Assembly: GCA_013824245.1 (NCBI GenBank)
Contig: PNNN01000039.1
Location: 75,250 to 139,249, forward strand
Source of the DNA: Chlorobiaceae bacterium
Lineage (GTDB): Bacteria > Bacteroidota > Ignavibacteria > UBA10030 > SZUA-254
Direction: 5' to 3'
Length of the DNA: 64,000 nucleotides
Each line of letters opens with the position of its first letter. Position 1 is the first letter of the stretch. The position numbers were made by a program, and so were the translations under genes. Below the pieces are notes generated by a model, which made no database searches, was not told where the DNA came from, and saw nothing but the letters and a program-made list of their open reading frames with translations. Below are positions 1 to 9,103 of the stretch, one piece after another.

Positions 1-746
1 TTCTGAATTGCGGTTTGTAATTGGCTTTCGAATTCTTTTTTTAGCTCGTTCTCTCGCTCGGTAAATGATTTATGCTCATTCGATTCAACCTCACCGCGGT
101 TTAATTCAAGTTCTTTCTTAATACGGCTGATCTCGTTTTGATACTGAGAGGTTAACTTTTCTTTAATATCTTCTTCGAGCGCAGAGAGTTCCTTTTTGTG
201 TTGCAGAGATAATTTTTCCTCCAAAGCAGATGTTTCAGAAATAAGAAGTTTCTGAAATTCATCTTCTAACTGCTTGCGTGCTGTTGATATTTCATCTTCG
301 TAGCGTGCTTGAAGTAATTGCTGCTGTTGTTGAAGCGCAATTTGTTCTTCCTCAAGTAACTTGGCGGCTTGCTCCTCGGCTTTTCGAAGTTCTTCCGTGT
401 AGCGGGCTTTAAATTCTGCCTCGACGCTCTGCCGTAGTTGAAGTTCAATTATTTCGCGCGAAAGCGGTTCAGAAGTGGAGGATGATAGAACATTAGTTTC
501 GGGTTGTTTTTGTAACTCTGGTTCTTTGTGTGTTGGGGCTGGTTGTTTGTGAACGGTATTGATTTTATTTTCGAATAATGCTATTCTTTCCTCAAACGCT
601 ATGATGAAAGGATTACGAGTATCGATTTTTTTAGCTTCAGCGAGTTGCTGCTTTGCTTCTGTAAATTTTCCTTCAATAATGAATCTGTCTGCCTGCCGAA
701 GGCACTGACGGAAAATTTCACGAGATGATTCCGGTGCCTGATCCAT
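1..746 (-). CDS. Coiled-coil protein with N-terminal helical-repeat (TPR-like) segment; 3' end runs off the window; absent from the ORF track
   Basis: Manual translation from ATG at 746: MDQAPESSREIFRQCLRQADRFIIEGKFTEAKQQLAEAKKIDTRNPFIIAFEERIALFENK..., then an E/K/Q/L-rich heptad region (EAEFKARYTEELRKAEEQAAKLLEEEQ...); read as open to position 1. Confidence 0.75.
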   Translation of the reverse strand, partial: MDQAPESSREIFRQCLRQADRFIIEGKFTEAKQQLAEAKKIDTRNPFIIAFEERIALFENKINTVHKQPAPTHKEPELQKQPETNVLSSSTSEPLSREIIELQLRQSVEAEFKARYTEELRKAEEQAAKLLEEEQIALQQQQQLLQARYEDEISTARKQLEDEFQKLLISETSALEEKLSLQHKKELSALEEDIKEKLTSQYQNEISRIKKELELNRGEVESNEHKSFTERENELKKEFESQLQTAIQ

Positions 747-924
747 TTGATTTTTTGAAATATACTTCGAATTCTGCAAGTCGTTTCCCCTTTTCTATCA
801 ATATACTTTGCATCAATAAATTTTTACCTTGCTTCATATCATTCACAATGTTAATATATAAAAATAGAGTACAAATTCAAATGGTTTCAGACATTTGTCA
901 CTTTTCGTTTTTCCCAATTGAAAT

Positions 925-953
925 TTGACATTTGATAAAAAAAATTGTATTTT
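925..953 (+). promoter_or_regulatory. sigma70-type promoter for the SPOR gene
   Basis: TTGACA (925-930), 17 bp, TATTTT (948-953), about 40 bp upstream of ATG 996. Confidence 0.55.
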
Positions 954-995
954 TTGCTCAAATTCACCGTTTCGATAATATAGGGGATTCAGTGC

Positions 996-1718
996 ATGCG
1001 ATATGTGCAGTTTCGGCTTCTTTTCGCTCTTTTGTTCGTTTTGCTTGCTAATTCTGTTCTTTACTCTCAAGTATATGAACGGAAGATTATCGAATATGTG
1101 CGTCTTATTTCAGAAGGGAAAAGCGATCTTGTAGAACCGAAAGTATCGGATCTGCAGAGAAAAATTCCACGTACAGCGGGCATCATCTATGTTGAAGGTT
1201 TGATCGCTACAAATGAACATGAATCTATCAGATGTTTTAGAACGATAATAGATAGTTTTCCGAAAAGCGAATGGGCTGACGATGCTCTGGCGCGCTTGTT
1301 CGAATACAACCTTCAGTCCGGCACCTTCTCGGAGGCGGAACAAAGTTTTAAAAAATTAGAAAGCACCTATCCATCGTCACCTTATGTTACCACCGGATAT
1401 TTAAATCAGCAAAGATTTAATCAGGACAATTTAGCATCAAGGAATACTCAGCCGCGTGCGCAAGGTGAAGAATGGGCTGTTCAGATAGGAGCGTTTTCGT
1501 TAAAAGAAAATGCAGTCAAGCTTCAGCAAAAACTTATTTCCAACGGGTATCGGTCATCTGTTTACGAAAATTTACTCGACGGAAAAAATTTACTCTATCT
1601 TGTTTGGGTAGGATCTTTTGATACTGCCGATGAAGCCCGCCCATTATTAAAAGAATTGAAAACAAAGTTTAACATCAACGGTGTTTTAAGGATGCGGACG
1701 AGTTGGAAGAAATGGTGA
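996..1718 (+). CDS. Exported TPR-like plus C-terminal SPOR-domain protein
   Basis: Signal peptide; FPKSEWADDALARL and YPSSPY (BamD/TPR-like); C-terminal WAVQIGAFSLKENAVKL...YLVWVGSF SPOR motif. Confidence 0.85.
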   Translation: MRYVQFRLLFALLFVLLANSVLYSQVYERKIIEYVRLISEGKSDLVEPKVSDLQRKIPRTAGIIYVEGLIATNEHESIRCFRTIIDSFPKSEWADDALARLFEYNLQSGTFSEAEQSFKKLESTYPSSPYVTTGYLNQQRFNQDNLASRNTQPRAQGEEWAVQIGAFSLKENAVKLQQKLISNGYRSSVYENLLDGKNLLYLVWVGSFDTADEARPLLKELKTKFNINGVLRMRTSWKKW

Positions 1719-1846
1719 TATAGCTGCAATTTAATATTTATCTATCAGGTTAAATCAACCATTTCTAATTGATCTGCTGTCTTTGTATCTCCCCTAAAAT
1801 TTATTAAATTAACAAATCAACAAACACCCGATCTAATTTTTAACTC

Positions 1847-2386
1847 ATGATACTTACTGACAAACAAATATTAAGCGAGATTAAAAAAGGAACAATTGTT
1901 ATTTTTCCGTTTAACCGAAGCAATCTCGGTTCGAATAGTTACGATGTTCATCTCGGCGATTGGTTGTCGATGTATAAGTGTGAAATTCTCGATGCAAAAA
2001 AACATAATCCGGTTCGCACATTCAGAATTCCCAAGGATGGATTAATCCTTGTACCGAGCAAATTATATCTTGGTGTTACAAAAGAATACACCGAAACATA
2101 TAATCACGTTCCATTCCTCGAAGGTAAAAGCAGTATCGGGCGGCTTGGAATAGATATTCATGCAACTGCCGGAAAAGGTGATATCGGATTTAAAAACACA
2201 TGGACGTTAGAAATTTCAGTCCGTCAACCGGTCTGGATATATGCTGGTATGCCGATTGGTCAGTTGATTTATTTTGAAATCAACGGCGAAGTCGAGGTAC
2301 CTTACTTCAAAAAGAAAAACGCTAAATACAATAAAAGAACAAATAAACCCGTTGAATCTATGATGTGGAAAAATTTTTTGAGATAA
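1847..2386 (+). CDS. dcd: dCTP deaminase
   Basis: SNSYDVHL, EGKSSIGRLG, AGKGDIGF, TLEI and GMPIGQL motifs of the trimeric dUTPase/dCTP deaminase family. Confidence 0.92.
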   Translation: MILTDKQILSEIKKGTIVIFPFNRSNLGSNSYDVHLGDWLSMYKCEILDAKKHNPVRTFRIPKDGLILVPSKLYLGVTKEYTETYNHVPFLEGKSSIGRLGIDIHATAGKGDIGFKNTWTLEISVRQPVWIYAGMPIGQLIYFEINGEVEVPYFKKKNAKYNKRTNKPVESMMWKNFLR

Positions 2387-2428
2387 ATGACTGAGTTTAA
2401 CAACACATTGAAAAGAAAGGATTTTAAA

Positions 2429-4489
2429 ATGAAGAGATTGATTGTCATACTTACTTTGCTCTTGGCAATAACATCAATTATGGTCGCTCAGACCAAGCGG
2501 CCGCTTGAAATTGAAGATATGTTCAGAATAAAAAGAGCGAGCGACCCTCAGGTTTCTCCTGATGGAAAATGGATTTGCTTTGTAATTACAGCAGTGGATA
2601 AAGAAGCGAACAAAATGAACAGCGATTTATGGTTGATGCGGTCATCGGGGGGTGAATTGAAACGCCTTACCACCAATCCGGGCAGCGATGCGAATCCGCG
2701 ATGGTCGCCAAATAGTAAAACAATCGCATTTATTTCTTCCAAATCTGGTGACGGACAAATATGGTTGATAGATGTTGATGGCGGAGAAGCTCGTCAGTTT
2801 ACCACATTATCCACGGGGGCTTCAAACCCCGTTTGGTCACCCGACGGAAAAAAATTGGCTTTTGTTTCAACTGTTTATCCTGAATTCTCCGATAAACCAT
2901 TCAAAGAAAGTGATGAGTTGAATCAAAAGAAGGAAAATGCCAAGGCGAAAAGCAAAGTCAAAGCACGCGTGATGACAAAACTTCTTTACAAACATTGGAA
3001 CGCGTGGGTAGATGATAAACGACAGCATATTTTTGTACAAGGAATTGATGGCGGTGAACCGAAAGATATCACTCCGGGCGATCGCGATGCAGTGCCAACA
3101 TCATCAACATTTTCTGCCGGCGATGATTTTGCTTTCTCGCCTGATGGAAAAGATATTGCATACACCGCAACGCCGACCGAAAACGAAGCATGGAATACAA
3201 ACCACGATATTTACACCGTTTCAGTAAGCGGGACGAACCGAAAACAAATCACAACAAATCCAGCGGCAGACGGTTTCCCGAGATATTCCAACGATGGAAA
3301 ATATATCGCGTTTCGCGCCCAGCGCACACCCGGTTTTGAAGCCGATAAATTTGAGTTAATGCTTTACAACCGGGCAACCGGAAACATTGAGAGTATATCA
3401 GAAAAATTCGATGCGTCGGTTGGGGCATTTCAATGGACGGATGATGACGGTAAAATTTATTTCACTTCGGAAGAAAAAGCCAATCAACAAATGTATTCTC
3501 TTTCTTTAAAAGATCGAAAAATTATAAAAGTAGTTGAAGGAGGAGTGAATGGCGAAGTTACTCTTTCAAAAGACGGTAAATCGATTTGTTTTTCAAAACA
3601 TACACTGTCACATCCGGCAGAAATATTTCTTGCAACATCTGAAGGAAAAAATATTAAGAAGCTCACCAATATCAACGACGAACTTTTCTCAAACATCACA
3701 ATAAATGAAGCGGAGAGCATTACGTACACCGGCGCTGCCGGCGCTACAATACAAGCTTGGCTCATTAAACCGCCGAACTTTGATGCCGCAAAAAAATATC
3801 CGTTGGTTCTTTTAGTGCACGGCGGACCTCAGGGGGCATGGGAAAACGGATGGCATTACAGATGGAATGAACAATTGTGGGCTTCACAGGGTTATGTTAT
3901 TCTCGCGCCAAATCCACGAGGTTCAACGGGTTTCGGACAAAAATTTGTCAACGAGATTACAGGCGACTGGGGTGGAAAGGCATACGAAGATGTCATGAAA
4001 GGTGTTGAATATGTAGAGAAGTTGCCATACATAGATAACAACAAGATGGCAGCGGCAGGTGCTTCGTACGGCGGTTACTTTATGAACTGGCTGGCAACGC
4101 AATCCGGAAAATTTAAAACTATAATCACTCATGCGAGCATCTACAATTTCTTTTCGATGTATGGTACGACCGAGGAAGTTTGGTTCGACGAATGGGAACA
4201 TGGCGGAACCCCGTGGGACGCACCGGATGAGTATAACAAATTTTCTCCGCACGCTCACGCAAAAAATTTGCTGAAATATAAAACCCCGATGCTTATAATT
4301 CATAACGAGCTTGATTACCGCGTTCCTGTTTCGGAAGGAATGCAGTTGTTCACCACTCTTCAGCGCATGGGAATTAAATCAAAGTTTTTATCTTTTCCGG
4401 ATGAAGGACACGGAGTTTTAAAACCGCAGAATAGCGAGTTCTGGCATCAAACAGTGTTCGAATGGCTTGCAGATTTTTTGAAGAGATAG
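2429..4489 (+). CDS. S9 family peptidase (acylaminoacyl/dipeptidyl peptidase) with PD40/TolB-type propeller
   Basis: Signal peptide from MKRLIV (2429); WSPD/SPDG repeats; VHGGPQG; nucleophile GASYGG; ELDYRV (Asp); DEGHG (His). Confidence 0.92.
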   Translation: MKRLIVILTLLLAITSIMVAQTKRPLEIEDMFRIKRASDPQVSPDGKWICFVITAVDKEANKMNSDLWLMRSSGGELKRLTTNPGSDANPRWSPNSKTIAFISSKSGDGQIWLIDVDGGEARQFTTLSTGASNPVWSPDGKKLAFVSTVYPEFSDKPFKESDELNQKKENAKAKSKVKARVMTKLLYKHWNAWVDDKRQHIFVQGIDGGEPKDITPGDRDAVPTSSTFSAGDDFAFSPDGKDIAYTATPTENEAWNTNHDIYTVSVSGTNRKQITTNPAADGFPRYSNDGKYIAFRAQRTPGFEADKFELMLYNRATGNIESISEKFDASVGAFQWTDDDGKIYFTSEEKANQQMYSLSLKDRKIIKVVEGGVNGEVTLSKDGKSICFSKHTLSHPAEIFLATSEGKNIKKLTNINDELFSNITINEAESITYTGAAGATIQAWLIKPPNFDAAKKYPLVLLVHGGPQGAWENGWHYRWNEQLWASQGYVILAPNPRGSTGFGQKFVNEITGDWGGKAYEDVMKGVEYVEKLPYIDNNKMAAAGASYGGYFMNWLATQSGKFKTIITHASIYNFFSMYGTTEEVWFDEWEHGGTPWDAPDEYNKFSPHAHAKNLLKYKTPMLIIHNELDYRVPVSEGMQLFTTLQRMGIKSKFLSFPDEGHGVLKPQNSEFWHQTVFEWLADFLKR

Positions 4490-4549
4490 AAAAAAACGGA
4501 TTTATGGAATGTTGGATTTCTGGATTTGTGGAAAATATAGAGTGGAACC

Positions 4550-5374
4550 ATGATGCGATTTCTTGAAAAGTTAAAACTTATTCAAAATGAAAACAATTCA
4601 TTGCTTTGCATCGGGTTGGATACGGATGTTTTAAAAATTCCACCATCGCTCCAAAATTCCAATAATCCACAATTAGAGTTTAACAAACGTATAATCGAAG
4701 TTACATCCGATTTCGTATGCGCGTACAAACTTAATCTTGCCTTCTACGAATCGGCAGGTGAGCGGGGATATGAAACGATACACAAAACGCTGGAATGTAT
4801 TCCAAAAGAAATCATTACAATAGCCGATGGGAAACGAGGAGACATTGGAAACACTGCCGAGCAATATGCAAAAATTATTTTTGATGATTGGAAATTCGAT
4901 GCGGCTACTGTGAATCCTTATATGGGGAAAGATTCGGTTGAACCGTTTATTAAGAATAAAAATAATTGTGCATTCATTCTCGCATTGACATCAAATCCGG
5001 GGTCTCACGATTTTCAGTATTTGGAAGTGAGCGGCAGACCGCTTTATGAGCATGTAGTTGCGAAAGCCACTAGCTGGAATGTAAAGAAAAATATCGGTCT
5101 TGTGGCTGGCGCTACGCATCCGGAAGAATTGAAGCGAATCCGCGCGATGGTTCCAGAAATGCCGCTGTTAATTCCCGGCATCGGTACACAGAAAGGCGAT
5201 ATGGAAGCGACAGTCCGTAATGGCTGTGATAAAAACGGATTGCTCGCGCTCATAAATGTTAGCCGGGGAATTATCTTTGCATCCGGTGGAAATGATTTTG
5301 CCGCTCGTGCGCGTGAATCGGCTATCAAAATTCAAAATGAAATTAATGTGATAAGAAATAATTATTTCGGATAA
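4550..5374 (+). CDS. pyrF: Orotidine-5'-phosphate decarboxylase (subfamily 2)
   Basis: LCIGLD, AYKLNLAFYE, DGKRGDIGNT, TVNPYMG, LTSNPGS, LIPGIGTQKG, NVSRGII. Confidence 0.95.
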   Translation: MMRFLEKLKLIQNENNSLLCIGLDTDVLKIPPSLQNSNNPQLEFNKRIIEVTSDFVCAYKLNLAFYESAGERGYETIHKTLECIPKEIITIADGKRGDIGNTAEQYAKIIFDDWKFDAATVNPYMGKDSVEPFIKNKNNCAFILALTSNPGSHDFQYLEVSGRPLYEHVVAKATSWNVKKNIGLVAGATHPEELKRIRAMVPEMPLLIPGIGTQKGDMEATVRNGCDKNGLLALINVSRGIIFASGGNDFAARARESAIKIQNEINVIRNNYFG

Positions 5375-5397
5375 CTAAAATTTCATGAGGAGGAAAC

Positions 5398-6927
5398 ATG
5401 AAATCAAAAAATCAATCTTACAATATTCCGGAGCGGTTTTTGAGGCAACTCTGGATAAATCGACAATTCTCGGCGCTGAAATTACGAACAACCGATAATC
5501 AACCGATAGAAGTAATAACTACCGGTAAATCAAACAGCGATGCTGGTCCCGATTTTTCAGATGCCAGAATACGAATCGGCGGGGTGCTATATCGGGGTGA
5601 TGTAGAAATACACCAACGAAATCAGGATTGGTTCCAACATAAACATCACAAAGATTCAAAATATAATTCTGTGATTCTACACGTTGTGTTCGACGTAGAT
5701 CAAGAAATAACCTCTCCTGTTACAAAGAGTAAAAGAGAAATACCTGTTCTTCAACTTGAAAAACAATTGAGCGCATCACTGCGTTCTACATGGGAAAGGA
5801 TGATACTTGATGAACGCGCTGAACGACTGTCGACATTGGAATGTTATTCAAAAAACCAAAGTGTAAATCCGGAAATAATACAAAGATGGTTAACAAAACT
5901 CGCGATGGAACGAATAGAGTTGAAAATTAGACGTTATGAAGAACGGCTAAAAGAGTTGATAGGCGAGAATCAACTTCATGTGAAAGAACCACTGTCCCAG
6001 TATGGAGAAATACCTTTCGGACTCAATCCTGAAGAACTGCCGGCGCCAGATCAAAAATATTCTATTGACGATTTCAGAAAAATTTCATTCTGGGATCAAA
6101 TTCTTTATGAAGGAATAATGGAGGCACTGGGTTATTCGAAAAATCAAGAACCTTTTCTCAATCTGGCACGGAACATGCAACTAAAAAATATCAAAGAGTT
6201 TCTGGATGGTAATTTATCCGAGAGACGTTCGGTTCGGGTTGAATCAATTCTATTCGGTGCGGCAGGGTTACTCTTATCTCCAAAGAAAACTATGGATACG
6301 GATAGTAAAAAATACCTTCGTACATTGCGATCGATCTGGAAAAATAATAGTGCAGGATATACTCAAACCCGTTTGAATCTATCGGAATGGCAATTCTTTA
6401 GACTGCGACCCGATAATTTCCCGACAATTCGTATTGCAGGTGCATCTCGGTTGATATGTAATATGGTTGTACAGGGTTTATTTAAATCAGTCGCTATAGT
6501 TTTAAAAAATAATGAAATCGACACCCGCGCTAAATATCGCCTTCTTCAATCCATGTTTTTAATTTCCGCAGACGAATTCTGGAAATCTCATTACAGATTC
6601 GGAGAACAAACGAGTAAAGGTATTACAACGCTGATCGGTAAAAACCGCGCAGACGATATAGTTCTAAATGCAGTCGTTCCGATTACGCTTCTATATGCGA
6701 GAATATTCAAAGATAAAGATGTGCGACAGAGTGTCCTAAGAATTATTGAAGAGTTTCCCGCTTCTGCCGAAAATACCATTACAAAAATAATTGACCGACA
6801 AATAATTCGGGAAAAATTTAAACTCAAATCAACAATGTTGCAACAAGGCACTCTGCAACTTTATAAATTTTATTGTGTCGAAGGAAAATGCAGCGAGTGT
6901 CAAATCGGCAAATCTATTCAATTATAG
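5398..6927 (+). CDS. DUF2851 family protein
   Basis: GKSNSDAGPDF...GDVEIH...DWFQHKHHKDSKYNSVILHVV; RLRPDNFPTIRIAG; C-terminal CVEGKCSECQIG. Confidence 0.85.
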   Translation: MKSKNQSYNIPERFLRQLWINRQFSALKLRTTDNQPIEVITTGKSNSDAGPDFSDARIRIGGVLYRGDVEIHQRNQDWFQHKHHKDSKYNSVILHVVFDVDQEITSPVTKSKREIPVLQLEKQLSASLRSTWERMILDERAERLSTLECYSKNQSVNPEIIQRWLTKLAMERIELKIRRYEERLKELIGENQLHVKEPLSQYGEIPFGLNPEELPAPDQKYSIDDFRKISFWDQILYEGIMEALGYSKNQEPFLNLARNMQLKNIKEFLDGNLSERRSVRVESILFGAAGLLLSPKKTMDTDSKKYLRTLRSIWKNNSAGYTQTRLNLSEWQFFRLRPDNFPTIRIAGASRLICNMVVQGLFKSVAIVLKNNEIDTRAKYRLLQSMFLISADEFWKSHYRFGEQTSKGITTLIGKNRADDIVLNAVVPITLLYARIFKDKDVRQSVLRIIEEFPASAENTITKIIDRQIIREKFKLKSTMLQQGTLQLYKFYCVEGKCSECQIGKSIQL

Positions 6928-6940
6928 ACCCCGAAACAAG

Positions 6941-7020
6941 ACTTCGTCAAGCTCAGCCGAGGCGTTCATGGTAACTCCTGGAGAATTTTTCTGAAGTCTC
7001 AACTCACAAGTCACAACTAA
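6941..7020. repeat. REP-like half element (CTTCGTCAAGCTCAG) plus TTTTTCTGAAGTCTC end motif and periodic CTCACAA/GTCACAA units
   Basis: CTTCGtCAAGCTCAG resembles the CTTCGACTTCGCTCAG arm at ~8705; ttctgaagtctc resembles the inverted-repeat end at 46811-46823. Confidence 0.45.
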
Positions 7021-7259
7021 CCAAATATTGCGTAACTTCGGCTTGATGCGATAGTGGAGATAATTAAAAATTGAGGTTCCCCTACCGTTTTACTAAATAT
7101 TTGTTTTTCCCGGATCACGAGGTGGTGGATAATCCGCCACTGAGTGGTTGATTATCATCCATTGATTTATTTCTCAGTATTTTATGATGTGAATAATTTA
7201 CCGCTGAGGCGCGGAGAACACGGAGGAAAATTTAAAGCCCTTACCTTTTATTATAAGAC

Positions 7260-7288
7260 TTGCGACTTACAACATTGTAAGTTACATT
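7260..7288 (+). promoter_or_regulatory. Promoter with a palindromic operator in the spacer, upstream of the DUF1016 gene
   Basis: TTGCGA (7260-65), 17 bp, TACATT (7283-88); 8-bp inverted repeat ACTTACAA-CA-TTGTAAGT at 7265-7282. Confidence 0.45.
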
Positions 7289-7310
7289 AATGTAGGAAAT
7301 TTGGAATTTT

Positions 7311-8411
7311 ATGAAAGTTCACCCAACACACATTTCGAAAGTTAAAGGAGTTTTAAACGCCCGGCTCTTGCGTGACATTACTTCATACATCGAAGATGCA
7401 CGTTCACGGGCGGCGGTCTCGGTCAATGAAATTCTCACGCTTCGCAATTGGCTAATTGGTGATCGAATTCAAAAAGAATTTCTCAAGAAAAGACGTGCTG
7501 AATACGGCGAGCAAATTGTCGCGACGCTGTCGCAACAATTGACTGAAGCGTATGGATCTGGTTTTACCCGTGATTCACTTTTTCGGATGATACAATTTGC
7601 AAAGCATTTTCATCAGAAGGATATTGTCGTGACGCTGTCCCGACAATTGAGCTGGAGCCATTTTGTAGAACTCGTTGCGCTTGAAGATAATTTGAAACGC
7701 GAATTTTATACGGAGCTTTGTCGAGGGGAGCGCTGGAGCGTGAGAACACTCCGGCAAAAGATGGATGGTCTGTTATACGAGCGTACAGGTATTTCACGCA
7801 AGCCGGCTTCACTTGCGAAGAAAGAGCTTGCACTTCTGCGTACAGATATGAAGATGTCACCTGATTTGGTTTTTCGGGACCCATACTTTCTGGATTTCCT
7901 TGGTTTGAAAAATTCCTACAGCGAGAAAGATCTTGAAACGGCCATCCTTCATGATATAGAAAATTTCATTTTGGAGTTTGGGAAAGATTTTGCTTTTGTT
8001 GCACGGCAAAAACGAATTACAATCGATCATGTAGATTATTATATCGATTTGTTATTTTACCATCGCGGTATGAAGCGGCTTGTTGCAATAGATATTAAAT
8101 TAGGGAAATTTCAAGCGGCAGATAAGGGGCAAATGGAGCTGTACCTGCGATGGCTTGATCGTTATGAAAGACGAATCGGCGAGAAGAATCCTCTGGGTTT
8201 GATACTTTGTGCCGATAAATCCGATGAGCACATTCAATTGCTTCAACTTGAGCGTAGCGGTATCCGGGTTGCACAATATTTAACCGTGTTACCGCCGAAA
8301 AAGATTTTAATGCAAAAACTGCATGATGCAATTCATATGGCACAGGAGCGTTATAACTATCGGCAATTGCCAAAAGGTATAAATATAGTAAACGGAAATA
8401 AACAATCCTGA
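7311..8411 (+). CDS. YhcG/DUF1016 family PD-(D/E)XK nuclease-domain protein
   Basis: NWLIGDRI...EYGEQIV; LSWSHFVEL; WSVRTL; FRDPYFLDFL; ELEFGKDFAFVARQKRI-type segment; YIDLLFYH; IDIKLGKF...GQMELYL. Confidence 0.9.
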   Translation: MKVHPTHISKVKGVLNARLLRDITSYIEDARSRAAVSVNEILTLRNWLIGDRIQKEFLKKRRAEYGEQIVATLSQQLTEAYGSGFTRDSLFRMIQFAKHFHQKDIVVTLSRQLSWSHFVELVALEDNLKREFYTELCRGERWSVRTLRQKMDGLLYERTGISRKPASLAKKELALLRTDMKMSPDLVFRDPYFLDFLGLKNSYSEKDLETAILHDIENFILEFGKDFAFVARQKRITIDHVDYYIDLLFYHRGMKRLVAIDIKLGKFQAADKGQMELYLRWLDRYERRIGEKNPLGLILCADKSDEHIQLLQLERSGIRVAQYLTVLPPKKILMQKLHDAIHMAQERYNYRQLPKGINIVNGNKQS

Positions 8412-8487
8412 TTTCTATATTATGCTCAAGTTTCGGCATTTTCTTTGATTTTAATATTATACTTCTTACTTTATACAACAAATTTTC

Positions 8488-8569
8488 CTGTCATTCCCGC
8501 GAAGGCGGGAATCCAGAAACAAAGTTACATCCGATATAGATTCCCGATAAAAGCATTCGGGAATGACAG
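8488..8569. repeat. REP/dRS3-like palindromic element (GTCATTCCCGCGAAGGCGGGAATCCAG ... GGGAATGAC)
   Basis: Terminal inverted arms ctgtcattccc/gggaatgacag, each arm with an internal hairpin; sibling at 11502-11585. Confidence 0.75.
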
Positions 8570-8649
8570 AATTAACAAAAACCCATAAAACAAATAAACA
8601 ACTACAATTAACTGAGAACTAATAACTTATAACTAACAACAAAATAAAT

Positions 8650-8869
8650 TAGCGTAGCCCCGCTTCTTCCGATATGCGGAATCAGCGGGATTTCTCCCGC
8701 CATCCTTCGACTTCCTGCCCGTCCGGCAGGCGGGCGCTCAGGATGACGGGATCAACTTCGGCTGCTTATGCGAAGCTGAGAAATTTAATGAAAAATTAAT
8801 TAACAAGGTATACTCAAATACTAATAGACTAAACTACTAACATACTTAAATAGCGTAGCTTCGGCTGCT
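8650..8869. repeat. Nested repeat cluster: filled and empty copies of TAGCGTAGCTTCGGCTGCT
   Basis: Empty site 8851-8869. At 8650-8766 the same site is split by ~100 bp containing CCTTCGACTT..CGCTCAGGATGAC, itself interrupted by the palindrome CTGCCCGTCCGGCAGGCGGG. Confidence 0.65.
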
Positions 8870-8899
8870 GTCTTGACTTAAAAACGTGGAAATTTTTCA

Positions 8900-8961
8900 G
8901 CCAACAAGATGGAGCCAGCATACGCCCCGAAAGGGGCGTGGCTGGTGTATCCTTTGTTGGC
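8900..8961 (+). other. Solitary attC-like (59-base-element-like) imperfect hairpin
   Basis: GCCAACAA...CCAGC..ACGCCCC-GAAA-GGGGCGT..GCTGG...TTGTTGGC; 62 bp with AAC/GTT outer cores and inner paired boxes. Confidence 0.45.
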
Positions 8962-9103
8962 GGGCATCCACGTGCCTCAAGTCAGAGGGTTATCGGTTTC
9001 ACGCCCTTTGTTTTTCTGAGACACTTTATTTTGCACGCCAAATGGTTCAGCCGATCTTAAAAGAAGCTGGACTGCACCGAAGCTCTGCAGATAAACAGAG
9101 CAT

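Noticed and set aside
8400-9100. CRISPR array or tRNA integration site
   Set aside because: No regularly spaced identical repeats and no tRNA cloverleaf; the repeats are heterogeneous palindromes.
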